Source: a virus (Duplodnaviria; Heunggongvirae; Uroviricota; Caudoviricetes). From it: a stretch of DNA of 37,768 bases. The notes beneath the pieces were generated by a model that saw only the letters and a program-made list of their open reading frames with translations, ran no database searches and was not told the DNA's origin. Position 1 is the first letter of the stretch; the number at the start of each line of letters is the position of its first letter. The position numbers were made by a program, and so were the translations under genes. The stretch lies in the IMG/VR virus record IMGVR_UViG_2526164599_000010; one strand, given 5' to 3'. Shown piece by piece: positions 11,331 to 21,500 of this stretch.

Positions 11331-13499
11331 TTACCAGCCTGTAATGTAGTTATCGCCCGCGTAAATATTCAGCCCCATACCGTCCTCGGTGACACGGGAA
11401 CTGGCCAGTCGTAACCCCTCGCCAAGTTCGACGCGCAGCGAGGCTTCCGCATTCACTTTTTGTTCCTGCGGTTCCTTATCCGGGGCCGTCCATTTCTGAT
11501 ACAGGTCGGTTACAAAACCGCCCAGATACTCCCCGGCGACACTGCCCAGCGTGGCACCGGCAACCGTACCCAGCGGTCCGGCAAGGCTGCCAACGGCACC
11601 GCCGAGCCATGCACCGGCTGTACTGCCAATTGCGCCTGCTTTTTCATGGGTTGACGCCTGCTCATCCATCAGGACGGGGGCAAGCTGGAGTGCCCCCATT
11701 ACCGGGCCACCCAGACGTGACAACGCACGACCGGCACCTTTCCCCATCCAGCCCAGCGCCCCGGCACCTTTTGTCATAACCCGACCGATCGCACTGCCTG
11801 CAAGTTTGTTTCCGATACCGGAAAACCACCCGCCAACAGCACGCCCGGCATCAGCCAGCTTTCCGACCGTTCCCGTAACCAGTTGCCCGGCAGCACTGCC
11901 TGCAAGCCTGCTCAGAAGACCGGATTTACCGGGTAAAGGTAATGGTGCAGGCCGTGCCGTTACCGGTACGCCGGGTGGGGGTAATGCCAGTACAGGGCGT
12001 GGTGCAGGTAATGCCAGCGGCTGTGGCCCCGACAACAGCAACGGCTGTCGGGGTAACAGGGGCGTCATGCCTCTGCCTTTCCGGGTGCGGCCACCACGGC
12101 CACCGCTTCCGTAACCGCCGAACCCGTGAGGCCAGTTAGTGACAAACACACGCTGAATGCCGATGCCTTGCAACAGCGCCTCAGACGTCATGGCATCCGG
12201 GACCGGCAGACCTGCCTGCCCACGTTTGCGGTTTCGCATCCAGCGCCACATACGACGCCCGGTTTTAAACGGATAACTGGCAACCTGCCATGAGGGTTTT
12301 GCCACGGCCCAGCCTGCTCTCAGGGCTTTATTGGCAAGCCAGACAGACACCAGAACAGCAGCCAGTTTTTTCAGGCTGACAATATTCTGGTCAACCCATG
12401 CCAGCGCATCCTTACCCGGTTTCAGCCAGCGCCATAATTCCTGCGCCGCGATTTTTACCGTTCTGAACGTGGTCAGAAATTTCTGACCAATGTTTTCTGC
12501 CAGTGCGTCAAGTTCCCCGGATTTATCCGCCATGTCGTGCCAGTTAAGCACCCGGCGCATCTCGTTCTTGATTTCTTCAAAGGGGCCGCTGTTTGCCACC
12601 TTCGTGCGAAACTCAAGCAGGTTGCCCTCCATCTGGGCCATCATCCCGTCCCAGGAGTTCATGGCAGCCGCCTGTGCGCCTTTTGACTGCTCCAGCAGGG
12701 TCCGGAATACCGTCAGGATGGATTTCAGGCCCAGCTTGCCTTTTTCACCCAACTTGCGGATTTTTTTCTCATCCTCACCCGTTGCATCTGCCAGCACCTT
12801 GTAAACGTTGATGCCATAGCCGGTCAGCAGGTTGGCATCCGCCGCGGTGATTTGCTGGCGGGCAAACATCTGTTTGAACTGTAACGAAGCCCCCTGTGCA
12901 GTGGGTAAATCCCAGCCGTGCATCGCGCCCTGGTTCTGTAGCATGGTGATGAACTGTTTTACCTGTTCATCATTCATACCAAACGCCGTTGATGTGCGGA
13001 TTTCCTGCAGAACGCCGCCCAGCCCCCAGGTGGTTTCTTTTGCGTTCTGTTTCGCCCAGGCCATCATGGCCTGCGCTCTGGCCTTATCGCCGTGATACAG
13101 CGAGTTCATGGCGATGATCTGCTGCTCACGCTGGGCGGCTGCACCAATAAACAGTTTATTGGCGGTGTAACCCACGCCAGCGATACCCAGCGCCCCGGCT
13201 GACAGCATTCGGAATGTACGGGTTGACAGAGAACCCATTCTGTCAATGGCACCAGAAACGCGCACAACCTCCATACGCAGGGCACGAAGGGAACTTTGTC
13301 CGCTACGGGACAGGGCGTTTATCTGGTTCGAATACTGGCGGGAACGCCGGGAAAGATTGCCATTAAGATCAATAATGACAGACGCCTTTAAGCGTTTCCC
13401 GGTCATAGAGATTTCCTGATTTAACGGTGATATTGAGAGAGGGTTTTCGCCTGCTGGCAGTGCCGGAAAAAGCGGGACAGCGGGAGAGACAAGGCCCAT
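11331..13499 (-). CDS. Y: Tail tape-measure protein (Mu Y position); start uncertain (13499 or the internal ATG at 13406)
   Basis: 722-aa ORF, longest tail gene, Ala/Gly-rich with an internal Pro-rich low-complexity region; lies between the tail tube/chaperone genes and N. Confidence 0.75.
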   Translation of the reverse strand: MGLVSPAVPLFPALPAGENPLSISPLNQEISMTGKRLKASVIIDLNGNLSRRSRQYSNQINALSRSGQSSLRALRMEVVRVSGAIDRMGSLSTRTFRMLSAGALGIAGVGYTANKLFIGAAAQREQQIIAMNSLYHGDKARAQAMMAWAKQNAKETTWGLGGVLQEIRTSTAFGMNDEQVKQFITMLQNQGAMHGWDLPTAQGASLQFKQMFARQQITAADANLLTGYGINVYKVLADATGEDEKKIRKLGEKGKLGLKSILTVFRTLLEQSKGAQAAAMNSWDGMMAQMEGNLLEFRTKVANSGPFEEIKNEMRRVLNWHDMADKSGELDALAENIGQKFLTTFRTVKIAAQELWRWLKPGKDALAWVDQNIVSLKKLAAVLVSVWLANKALRAGWAVAKPSWQVASYPFKTGRRMWRWMRNRKRGQAGLPVPDAMTSEALLQGIGIQRVFVTNWPHGFGGYGSGGRGGRTRKGRGMTPLLPRQPLLLSGPQPLALPAPRPVLALPPPGVPVTARPAPLPLPGKSGLLSRLAGSAAGQLVTGTVGKLADAGRAVGGWFSGIGNKLAGSAIGRVMTKGAGALGWMGKGAGRALSRLGGPVMGALQLAPVLMDEQASTHEKAGAIGSTAGAWLGGAVGSLAGPLGTVAGATLGSVAGEYLGGFVTDLYQKWTAPDKEPQEQKVNAEASLRVELGEGLRLASSRVTEDGMGLNIYAGDNYITGW

Positions 13500-13550
13500 T
13501 CCGGGCCACTTTTCAGAATAACGCCAATCGCTGTCGCCGCTTTCTCAATA

Positions 13551-13985
13551 TCATTCCGGCACCGCAGCCACTCGCCCCCGTTCTTGCGTCAGCGATGCCG
13601 CCACAGCCATGTCGTGCATCTCTGTAGCCAGCGACAGACGCTGGAAGTCATCAACAGACAGCTTGCGCATCAGCGCCAGCGATAACGGGCCTTTGATGCA
13701 ACCCACGCTGGCAATCTGTCGGCGCAGCATTTCCAGTCCCATCCGGGACGGGGAACTGACCAGCACCGGGCCTTCCTTGCTCATTACCAGCTTTTCAGCA
13801 GCCGCCTGGGCATCAATCAGATCGCCTGCGGTCAGTTCACGTAGTGTCACGTCATACTGCATTTCAGTCTCGTCACCGGTGCCGAACGGCAGGCCGTCTT
13901 TCAGTTTCAGACCACCGGACTGAAGCTCAGCCACAATGCTGTCATGCAGTTCCTGTGCTTCAGGACTTAAATTCATTTCGTCCAT
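13551..13985 (-). CDS. Tail assembly protein between tube and tape measure (Mu gp41 position)
   Basis: 144-aa acidic ORF in the usual chaperone position. Confidence 0.65.
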   Translation of the reverse strand: MDEMNLSPEAQELHDSIVAELQSGGLKLKDGLPFGTGDETEMQYDVTLRELTAGDLIDAQAAAEKLVMSKEGPVLVSSPSRMGLEMLRRQIASVGCIKGPLSLALMRKLSVDDFQRLSLATEMHDMAVAASLTQERGRVAAVPE

Positions 13986-13994
13986 TGTTTCCCC

Positions 13995-14351
13995 TTATGC
14001 AATGCGTTTGCTTTGTTTTGCCATCAGTACCAGCGAAATTTCGCCGCCGTCGTTTTTCGGTTCATCTGCCTGCCAGGCATTCGCCATCATCCAGGTTTCA
14101 CCGGTGTCTGCCTGAAACTCTGCCGTGATGTTTTCCCAACCGATGATTTCATCCAGACCGATATCACCACCGCCCGGAATTTTGCATTCCAGCTTTGCGG
14201 CACGTGGTTTACCTTTCCAGCCATAAACCCGCGAGCCGGTCACTTCTTCACGGGTGATGCCGGAAGGCGTGAAGGAGGCGCCTTCCATCGTTTCAAGCTC
14301 CATGCCATTGACACGGATGAACGCCACCCCCTGACGCTGATTTCCAGCCAT
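13995..14351 (-). CDS. M: Tail tube protein (Mu M position)
   Basis: 118-aa ORF immediately after the sheath gene. Confidence 0.75.
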   Translation of the reverse strand: MAGNQRQGVAFIRVNGMELETMEGASFTPSGITREEVTGSRVYGWKGKPRAAKLECKIPGGGDIGLDEIIGWENITAEFQADTGETWMMANAWQADEPKNDGGEISLVLMAKQSKRIA

Positions 14352-14360
14352 AAATGCTCC

Positions 14361-15848
14361 TTACAGAATGAACTGAACTTGTGCCGCGAAAATGCGGAAC
14401 TGGTTAATCAGATTCGGGCCGCACAGCACATCAAGGCGGTCTTTGTCGTCCTTGTTACGTGCCACATACAGCTCCTCTTTGAACGTGTCGAAATCCTCGA
14501 CCAGTCCGGCGTTTTCCCATTCTTCAAACAGTGCCAGCAGCTCCGTTTTGATCACGGATGGCGTCACCACGGCCTGACCGGTGGCAAAGCGGGTGCCATC
14601 ACTTGCCAGTTTGTAGTTCGGGAATTTCTGCGTGATGCGAGTTCGCAGCGAATAACGCAGATAACTCAGCGTGGCGATGGTATTCACGTTCAGATAAGAC
14701 GGATCACTGTCACCGTACTTGTTTGTGCGGTACATCGTGATCATGCGTTCAATCTGCATTTCACCACCATCATTCACGTTAAACGTGGAGATGCCGTCAA
14801 ACAGCAGCGCATTACGTTCTGACCAGGTGAAACGATCCCCCACCGCAGGCGGCATTCTTCCGGGCAACGTCAGCGTCTGGAGAGGACGCGCCGGGTCGAT
14901 GGAAAGCGCCTGGCTGGCAACGGCACACAGTGTGGCGGCGTACAGATATGACGGTTCCGGTGCACCGGCAATCCCCATACAGGAGATCAGATGATCATTA
15001 CGACTGACACCAAACGTGGAAATATCCCCATACGTGCCGGACAGCACTGTCACGGCAAAGCCATCAGCCTGATTGACCGGTCCCCAGCGTTCCTGCAATT
15101 CAGTGCGTAACAGATTCAGGTTCGGTTCATCGGTATAGGGCATCACAATATATTTGTATTGCAGATCGCCCATTCCCGCGATACTTGCGCTGATATCCGG
15201 GTTGCTGTTTTTCCCGGATGCGGCTTTGAATGCCGTGATAATCCCGTAAGGGGTGGTTTCACCCGCGTAATAGTTCCAGCGCACGTCCACGGCAGATAAT
15301 GCACCTGTAAATTTTGCACTCAGAACCACATCTGCATGGGTGTCATCATCCCCGCTGTCTGCGCGAACTTCTGCCGTCACCGGTAAATCCGGCTGACCTT
15401 TGATTCGGGCAACCAGCAGGTCAGCCAGCGCCGCTCCCGTTGCACCTGCTGCGACAGATACCGCCAGTCGCTGACCGGCAATGTAAGTCACAAGCGAGCC
15501 GTTTTCGCCTGCTGTTCCTGACAGTGAAATTTCACCGACAGCAGCATTACCGGTGCCGTTCCCCTGCGGAATACACCACAGCTCCGCCACGCGGTTAGCG
15601 TTCAGGAATGCATCTGCCATCAGTGCCAGCATGGAACCCTGACCAAACGCCGCACTGGCCTGTGAGCCGGAACGGATACGGACAGGCACGTCTGGTGCCG
15701 CACTGGCTTTACTTCCGCTTTGCCCGAACATCAGCACGCGCTGACGGGGTGCCGGTGTTCCGCTGACGGCATTACTGTTATCAAATTCGATATACGTCAG
15801 AGGAACACGAACATCTGACGGGATCGCGTTAAATGAAATATCGCTCAT
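14361..15848 (-). CDS. L: Contractile tail sheath protein (Mu L position)
   Basis: 495-aa ORF; size and position typical of a myovirus sheath. Confidence 0.8.
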   Translation of the reverse strand: MSDISFNAIPSDVRVPLTYIEFDNSNAVSGTPAPRQRVLMFGQSGSKASAAPDVPVRIRSGSQASAAFGQGSMLALMADAFLNANRVAELWCIPQGNGTGNAAVGEISLSGTAGENGSLVTYIAGQRLAVSVAAGATGAALADLLVARIKGQPDLPVTAEVRADSGDDDTHADVVLSAKFTGALSAVDVRWNYYAGETTPYGIITAFKAASGKNSNPDISASIAGMGDLQYKYIVMPYTDEPNLNLLRTELQERWGPVNQADGFAVTVLSGTYGDISTFGVSRNDHLISCMGIAGAPEPSYLYAATLCAVASQALSIDPARPLQTLTLPGRMPPAVGDRFTWSERNALLFDGISTFNVNDGGEMQIERMITMYRTNKYGDSDPSYLNVNTIATLSYLRYSLRTRITQKFPNYKLASDGTRFATGQAVVTPSVIKTELLALFEEWENAGLVEDFDTFKEELYVARNKDDKDRLDVLCGPNLINQFRIFAAQVQFIL

Positions 15849-16051
15849 TTCGATTTACTCCGTTTTTTCGGCGCAGCGTCGGTATCATCCGCCGTGTTTT
15901 CGGTGCTCCCGACTTCAACCACATCACCGGCTGCAAGGCGACGTATCCAGAAACTGTTACGGGGCTTTTCTTCTCCCTCAGACGCCAGTAATTTCATCGT
16001 GAGCGGGTCACGGATGGCTTTTCCCGCTGCGGGTTTAATTTTCAGCATCAT
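15845..16051 (-). CDS. Small virion/assembly protein (Mu gp38 position)
   Basis: 68-aa ORF; ATGA overlap with L. Confidence 0.55.
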   Translation of the reverse strand: MMLKIKPAAGKAIRDPLTMKLLASEGEEKPRNSFWIRRLAAGDVVEVGSTENTADDTDAAPKKRSKSK

Positions 16052-16583
16052 GATCCTTTTCCTGATTCACATTGATATGTGCGGCAAATTCCGGGGTTTC
16101 GTCCGGGAATTTCCAGGTCTGCCAGTGACGCTCGTAATCATCCAGCGAATCCATGTCCACCACAGACGGCAGCGGGGTAGTGCCACTGAACAGAACGCCG
16201 TAAAGCACCACACCGGCATTGATACGGTTGTCGTCACAAAGATTTCTGACCTGCGTCAGTCTCATCCCGGTGGTCGGGCCAAACGTCTGACCGTTAACAC
16301 CGGCAATCAGTCGCTCCACAATCTGATAAATACCGGGCCGGTTTACCGGTTCCCCGTTCAGCAACTCCGCCACGACAAAAAATGCCCAGCGACTTTCAAC
16401 TTCCCGACGCGTACGCCCCTCACCACAGCCCATCCATGCCAGAAATACCGATGGCGGGGCCAGAAAGAGACGGTGCACATCCTCGTTAGTCCATGTGCCG
16501 GTAAGGGGTTCCACCTGCCGCAGGGTTGCCCCAAACAACTCACGAACGCGCGCCAGCAGTGCGGCTTCGGTTTCTTCCAGCAT
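16035..16583 (-). CDS. K: Head-tail joining / tail completion protein (Mu K position)
   Basis: 182-aa ORF; conserved Mu order. Confidence 0.6.
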   Translation of the reverse strand: MLEETEAALLARVRELFGATLRQVEPLTGTWTNEDVHRLFLAPPSVFLAWMGCGEGRTRREVESRWAFFVVAELLNGEPVNRPGIYQIVERLIAGVNGQTFGPTTGMRLTQVRNLCDDNRINAGVVLYGVLFSGTTPLPSVVDMDSLDDYERHWQTWKFPDETPEFAAHINVNQEKDHDAEN

Positions 16584-17008
16584 CAGATAAACCCCTTCTG
16601 TTTTCGTGAAAAAACAGGTGGATCAGACTGAACCTGCACAAGATCCTCTCCCTCCGGCGAGGCTGCCGTTCTGCTTTCCACGCCGGGATCTGTTTTGCCA
16701 TCGCGCACCTGTTCCAGCCAGCGCACCGTGTCCCTGTAAGTTGCGGTGATCTGCTCGGTGGGTTGTGATTCATTCAGATAAAACCAGGCCACCACGCAAC
16801 ACTGCCGTTTCAGCAGTGAGGGGACGACGGTAAGCGGCAGAACAAAGCGCGCGGCGAGATAGCCATCAATAAAGGCCGAAGCATCTGCCAGTGCCTGTTC
16901 TGCCACGGCATCATCCGGCTGCCCGTCCGCTGTTTTAGGGCGGGTGAGAATATCCAGCCGCGTACGTGTATAGCGGGCGCACAGGTCATTTACCGTCGCG
17001 TAATTCAT
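16583..17008 (-). CDS. J: Head completion protein (Mu J position)
   Basis: 141-aa ORF; conserved Mu order. Confidence 0.6.
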   Translation of the reverse strand: MNYATVNDLCARYTRTRLDILTRPKTADGQPDDAVAEQALADASAFIDGYLAARFVLPLTVVPSLLKRQCCVVAWFYLNESQPTEQITATYRDTVRWLEQVRDGKTDPGVESRTAASPEGEDLVQVQSDPPVFSRKQKGFI

Positions 17009-17415
17009 GCATCCGCCTCAGCCAGCGCCGCTTTGATTTGCGCACTGCTCACCGGTTCCCCCAGCGCCGCACTGACGGCTTTCACTTTGGGTTCTCCCCC
17101 TGCGGTAAAGTGCTCCGGGTTTGCCTTATCCAGACCGGCAACGGTCGCACGGATACGGGTATTCAGATCGCCCACACCCAGAACGTCCAGCCCCCCAGCC
17201 TCAGCGAGCGTTTCTGCTGACGATGCAGATACCACAGACAGCACGCTGTCGGCACGAATGATCGCCAGTTGTTCTTCGGTGACTTCCACGGTGTTTTCGC
17301 CACGCGTAAAGGCGATTCCGGCGCGGCGGTAGACCGGACGAAGGCATTTAATAATCGCCGTGCAAGTGATGCGAGAAGTGTCCAGCCGTTGTGAATTAAG
17401 CGAAGTGCCTGACAT
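17005..17415 (-). CDS. Head-associated protein (Mu gp35 position)
   Basis: 136-aa ORF preceded by AAGGAGGAG; directly downstream of the capsid gene and its terminator. Confidence 0.65.
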   Translation of the reverse strand: MSGTSLNSQRLDTSRITCTAIIKCLRPVYRRAGIAFTRGENTVEVTEEQLAIIRADSVLSVVSASSAETLAEAGGLDVLGVGDLNTRIRATVAGLDKANPEHFTAGGEPKVKAVSAALGEPVSSAQIKAALAEADA

Positions 17416-17449
17416 AACACATGCTCCTCCTTTTCCTTTAAATCAGGTT

Positions 17450-17473
17450 AAAAGGCGGTCTGAACCGCCTTTT
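17450..17473 (-). terminator. Intrinsic terminator / attenuator immediately after major capsid gene T
   Basis: Minus strand reads AAAAGGCGG-TTCAGA-CCGCCTTTT (9-bp stem, A- and T-tracts), 8 nt after the T stop. Confidence 0.7.
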
Positions 17474-17481
17474 AATGACGG

Positions 17482-18399
17482 TTACAGGTAGTCAGCGACA
17501 ACCAGTTGCAGCTTGCCCTTCATCTCGTTGGAGACGGTGGTATTGCCATCCGCGAACAGTTCACGGTTAAGCAGTTGCTCTGCGGCTTTTTCCAGCCCGA
17601 CCGGTACAACGATATGCGTCGGCTTCAGGCCCAGCTTCTTACCGCCATCACCTTCAAAAGATCGCATCAGTTGCCAGCCCTTCCAGAGGTTATCCAGCGT
17701 CAGATCGCCTTTTACCGCGACAGCCATCTGCCAGAAGCCGTAACCGGCAGCACGGCGGGCGCTGGCACCAAACAGGAACTCGTTATCCATAAAAACGTGG
17801 TCGTCATCGATACGGGTACGTGCGACCAGCTCCGGTTTGCGGCGCTCCTGGAAAATCAGCGGTTTGACTGCGCGGGAGCAGTCCAGCAGATAGAACGGCA
17901 GACCGCTGAAGCTGTCCTGCTCAACGATGTTGGAGGTATTAACCGCGCTGCCCGTGCCGTCCACATTCGGATATACCGGATGCTCCTTGTCGAAGAAGTT
18001 CTGACCGTCATAGCACGGCTGGGTAAAGCCATCTTTCAGAAGTTTAAAAATCAGCTCATCCGGCTGAACTGCCGCAGAACGGCCCATCTCCTGAAAAATC
18101 GGCGCATAAATACCCAGATTGTCATCCTCGAAGTCATCACGGGAAATACCCACGGTGCCTTCAAACGTTTTATTGGCGATGGAGTAGCCATGCGCTTCCA
18201 TTTGCTGAATGGTTCGCTTACCCACCCATTCTTTCAGGGTCGGGAATTTACCCAGCCAGCCATAGGTATTACTGCGGGTGGAAGAGTTCACCACCATTGC
18301 AATTTTGCTGTACTGCGACGGGGCGTCTTCAAGACCGCCCTGAAAATCCTTACGCCAGGAGGTCATCAGGGCTTTAATGGATGCCGGGGTGACAATCAT
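17482..18399 (-). CDS. T: Major capsid protein (Mu T)
   Basis: 305-aa ORF MIVTPASIKALMTSWRKDFQ...; size and position match the Mu major head subunit; followed by a strong terminator. Confidence 0.85.
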   Translation of the reverse strand: MIVTPASIKALMTSWRKDFQGGLEDAPSQYSKIAMVVNSSTRSNTYGWLGKFPTLKEWVGKRTIQQMEAHGYSIANKTFEGTVGISRDDFEDDNLGIYAPIFQEMGRSAAVQPDELIFKLLKDGFTQPCYDGQNFFDKEHPVYPNVDGTGSAVNTSNIVEQDSFSGLPFYLLDCSRAVKPLIFQERRKPELVARTRIDDDHVFMDNEFLFGASARRAAGYGFWQMAVAVKGDLTLDNLWKGWQLMRSFEGDGGKKLGLKPTHIVVPVGLEKAAEQLLNRELFADGNTTVSNEMKGKLQLVVADYL

Positions 18400-19481
18400 T
18401 TTTCTTGTTCCTGTTTCATTTTCAGATACTCAGCCTCAGTAATGCCGAGCGCCTTCACTGCTGCCTGTTCATCAGCAGACAGCACCGCCACCGCCGGTTT
18501 TTCCTGCGACGGGATTTTCGCTGTGGTGGTCTGCATGGCAGATAACGCAGCGATGGGCTGTTTTTTCTCAAGCTGTGCCGACAGTGCCGCCACGCCAATC
18601 TGACCGCCAAGCTGTTCCAGATAGGTACGTTCGCTTTTGAAAATGCGGCCTTCCTGTTCCGCCTTGTCCAGAACGGCGCTCAGGCTGGCTGTGGCGCTTT
18701 GTGCAGTCGCCTGTGCCAGTTCATCACGCAGGGCGTTGTAGCTTTCCACAGGGACGTATTTCGTCAGGTCAACGGCGGCTTTCTGTGCCTTTTCCAGTTC
18801 GGCGGATAACGACGCCACTTTTCCGGCATCTGTTTCGAGCGCATCAAGCGCACTCAGGGCCGCGCTGGCCTGTTCATCGGTGATGTCTGCATTTTCGGGG
18901 ACAGTCACCCCAAGACGCGCAAGCAGCTTGCGCAGCGTTTCATTCATGGGTTTGTTCTCCTGTTGAAGGATGTCGGGAAGGTCTGCCGCCAGTGCGGTCA
19001 GCTTTTTCATGCCGGTGGCACCGGGGTCATTGGTCAGCGCAGCAAGGCGGATTTGCAGCACCGCACCGGTGGCGGTGTCATACGGAAAAACCGCAGAGAG
19101 ATAACCAAATTCGCCGTCATCGATGCGCTGCTGGGCCGCCGCCGTCCAGCGTGGGTGGATAAATAACCCTTCACCTTCACGCCACTGCATTTCATCGGCG
19201 TTAAACCAGCCAGCCGCGACGAGTTGTTCCGGGGGTAATCCTTTGTCCTTACGTAGCTGGTTATGCTCGTAATCAATCAGCACGTCCTGGTTGAGCGCGC
19301 GAATGCCTTCAACCAGACGCCCGGCAATCTCACCGTCGATGAACCACCCCTGACCACCTGTCACATCAAACGGGCGACCATCACGGGCACTGAAATGACC
19401 GGCAGGCAATAGCTGGCACCAGCCGTCATCGTCAATGGACAGCGCATTCAGTGCGGCAATGCCAATCGCGTGTTTTTTCAT
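18396..19481 (-). CDS. I: Head maturation protease / scaffold (Mu I; the C-terminal scaffold Z is expected as an in-frame internal product)
   Basis: 361-aa ORF; N-terminal protease-like domain then Ala/Glu/Gln-rich coiled-coil scaffold-like C-terminus. Confidence 0.8.
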   Translation of the reverse strand: MKKHAIGIAALNALSIDDDGWCQLLPAGHFSARDGRPFDVTGGQGWFIDGEIAGRLVEGIRALNQDVLIDYEHNQLRKDKGLPPEQLVAAGWFNADEMQWREGEGLFIHPRWTAAAQQRIDDGEFGYLSAVFPYDTATGAVLQIRLAALTNDPGATGMKKLTALAADLPDILQQENKPMNETLRKLLARLGVTVPENADITDEQASAALSALDALETDAGKVASLSAELEKAQKAAVDLTKYVPVESYNALRDELAQATAQSATASLSAVLDKAEQEGRIFKSERTYLEQLGGQIGVAALSAQLEKKQPIAALSAMQTTTAKIPSQEKPAVAVLSADEQAAVKALGITEAEYLKMKQEQEK

Positions 19482-19677
19482 GTCCTGCTGCTCATCATGG
19501 TTTGTGAGCAGTCAGTTTGCGGGAGGTGCGGGAAAATCTGGGGTTATGCTATTTGAGTAATGGAGAAAGAAAGTGAAAGGAAGATAAAACGGGATTCATA
19601 CACCGTTAAATACCGGTTTAAAAATCCCGTGGCGCGTTTTAAAAAATCTGTGCGGCTGATTTCATGTCTGATTCCGT
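19482..19677. promoter_or_regulatory. G-I intergenic region: expected site of the Mu central strong gyrase site (SGS) and late promoter PI
   Basis: 196-bp non-coding gap at the centre of the prophage, between genes G and I where the Mu SGS is described; contains the 10-mer AGGTGCGGGA (19523..19532), shared with the lys upstream region. Confidence 0.6.
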
Positions 19678-20148
19678 TTATTGCCTCAGAGCGGCGCTGA
19701 CGCGTTTTCTGATGGCATCAAAAATTTCCTGTTCCCCGGTCTTATCCAGCCCCATATAAGGACGCGCAGGAACGCCTGCCGGGCGGGGTGCCATATCGGG
19801 TGTACCGCCCCACTGATGAATGGCAGCATAAATTTTTGGCGAACCAATCAGGGCATAATCCTGTCCATAATCGGTGGTAATGCTGCGTGCCAGATCGCCA
19901 TGCAGGGTAAGAATACTGCCCGGAACAAAACCATGATCCTGACGCCATGCCTGCCACGAATCGCTCCACGCTTCCCAGCCTTTCCCTGTATCCGGGTCTG
20001 CCTGCCGTTCAAATGCCTGTTCCGTGGATGACAGCAGCGCCGCAGCCATCACACGGGGAATGGCGCGGTCACGTGTAACGGTTCCCAGTTCATCCAGTGC
20101 AAGCTGAATACGTCGCACATCCACGGCAACGTTCATATCAAGACTCAC
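19678..20148 (-). CDS. G: Virion morphogenesis protein (Mu G position)
   Basis: 156-aa ORF; conserved Mu order. Confidence 0.7.
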   Translation of the reverse strand: MSLDMNVAVDVRRIQLALDELGTVTRDRAIPRVMAAALLSSTEQAFERQADPDTGKGWEAWSDSWQAWRQDHGFVPGSILTLHGDLARSITTDYGQDYALIGSPKIYAAIHQWGGTPDMAPRPAGVPARPYMGLDKTGEQEIFDAIRKRVSAALRQ

Positions 20149-21500
20149 TTATTCACCTCCACATGCCCCTCCAGTACGTCAATCATCCCGTCAGCAATCG
20201 CGGCTTCAAGCGACTGTGCAGATACGCGGCTGATACTGACCAGCACATCCGCACGGTCATTCTGTCTGCCGACTGTCTGTGATGTTCTGACCACAATCCG
20301 GGCCATGCCGTCACGGGTTGCCACAACATACAGCAACTGGTGGTTCTCCCTGTCCCACAATACCGCCTGTGGTTTTGCCATCAGCGACGGCAGACGCTGT
20401 AAATCCTCCGGTTTCAGGGCGGCATCAGAAGTGGTCGCCAGACTTTTCCCGTTCATCACAAGCAGACGGGCTGGCATATTCCCGGTGCGCTGATATACGG
20501 CCTCCGCCACGGATCCCGTCATAAAACCCAGCGCACGGACCTCATGTCCTGCCCGGCGTGATTTCGCCAGACGTTTAAGCCAGAGGGAAAAAGCAAGCTG
20601 ACGCTCCCGGCTGTTATTCAGCGTCTGAACAACCTGCTCACGCAGCTGCGCGTCACGAACTTCCACCAGTTTTCGAATCAGTGCCTGATCCGTACCAAAT
20701 GCCGCCGAACCGGGGTTATATGACCAGCCCACATCTGGCGTCATTTTTACCCGACCGTTGTCAAACGTGGTTGACGATGTGCGGAAAATCTCTCCGGTGC
20801 TTTCATCCGTACCGGCATCCACTTCGCGGGTATTCATGAATGACGCACCATAACTGACCTGTAGCCCCAGTTCTTTCATGCGGGCCGCAGACAGCGCCCG
20901 GACGCGACAGCGGCAGTTCCAGCCATTGGGCGGGTAATGCGTCTGCCAGAAAATGTCGTCATACTGGAAAACCATATTGTGCAGCCGCGCATGTTCCGGG
21001 CGTGTTCTGCCATCCATAACGGCAACGTACTGCCAGTACGGGTACAAATCGGCGGTATTCATCATCTGCGCATAACGTCCTGCCCCATACGCCGTACGGG
21101 TATTGACGTTATAAATGGTTGCCAGACGACGCGGACTGCCCAGTTCGATTTCCTTCGCGTTTCCCTCTGCATCCACGATGATTTGTTTTCCCCACCATCC
21201 GAGTTTTTGCAGCCGGGGGGCCAGTGTGCGGGTAAATTCCTCACGGGTGATGCCTTCACTGACAGCCCGCTCCACTTCCTCACGGATTGTGGTCAGGACA
21301 TCCATCCGGGTGGCTTTGGCAACGGTAAAGGCGCGGGCGTGCGCGTCTGCCAGTTGTTCGTACCAGTTCCAGGTGATGTTGTAGCCTTTGGCGCGGAAAT
21401 ACGCGACAGCCTCCTTTGGCGGGAGGCGTGCGGCATACGCCAGATCAATGGTCTGCTGCGGCATCCAGACGCCCCCATATATCGGCAACAAAAATGGCAC
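20145..21500 (-). CDS. F: Head morphogenesis protein (Mu F position); start uncertain because the ORF overlaps the H 3' end
   Basis: 451-aa ORF directly after the portal gene. Confidence 0.75.
   Translation of the reverse strand: MPFLLPIYGGVWMPQQTIDLAYAARLPPKEAVAYFRAKGYNITWNWYEQLADAHARAFTVAKATRMDVLTTIREEVERAVSEGITREEFTRTLAPRLQKLGWWGKQIIVDAEGNAKEIELGSPRRLATIYNVNTRTAYGAGRYAQMMNTADLYPYWQYVAVMDGRTRPEHARLHNMVFQYDDIFWQTHYPPNGWNCRCRVRALSAARMKELGLQVSYGASFMNTREVDAGTDESTGEIFRTSSTTFDNGRVKMTPDVGWSYNPGSAAFGTDQALIRKLVEVRDAQLREQVVQTLNNSRERQLAFSLWLKRLAKSRRAGHEVRALGFMTGSVAEAVYQRTGNMPARLLVMNGKSLATTSDAALKPEDLQRLPSLMAKPQAVLWDRENHQLLYVVATRDGMARIVVRTSQTVGRQNDRADVLVSISRVSAQSLEAAIADGMIDVLEGHVEVNK

Noticed and set aside
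13499-13553. Translational frameshift between the tail chaperone gene and the tape-measure gene
   Set aside because: The two ORFs are in the same frame, separated by an in-frame stop, and there is no overlapping alternative-frame extension; nothing in the sequence supports a G/GT-type frameshift here.
14013-14822. 269-aa ORF on the + strand
   Set aside because: Lies entirely antisense to the sheath and tube genes in a GC-rich region, with no ribosome-binding site and no intergenic context; typical antisense artefact.
17506-18603. 365-aa ORF on the + strand
   Set aside because: Antisense to the major capsid and protease/scaffold genes; the minus-strand genes have conserved order, overlaps and signals, so the plus-strand frame is an artefact.
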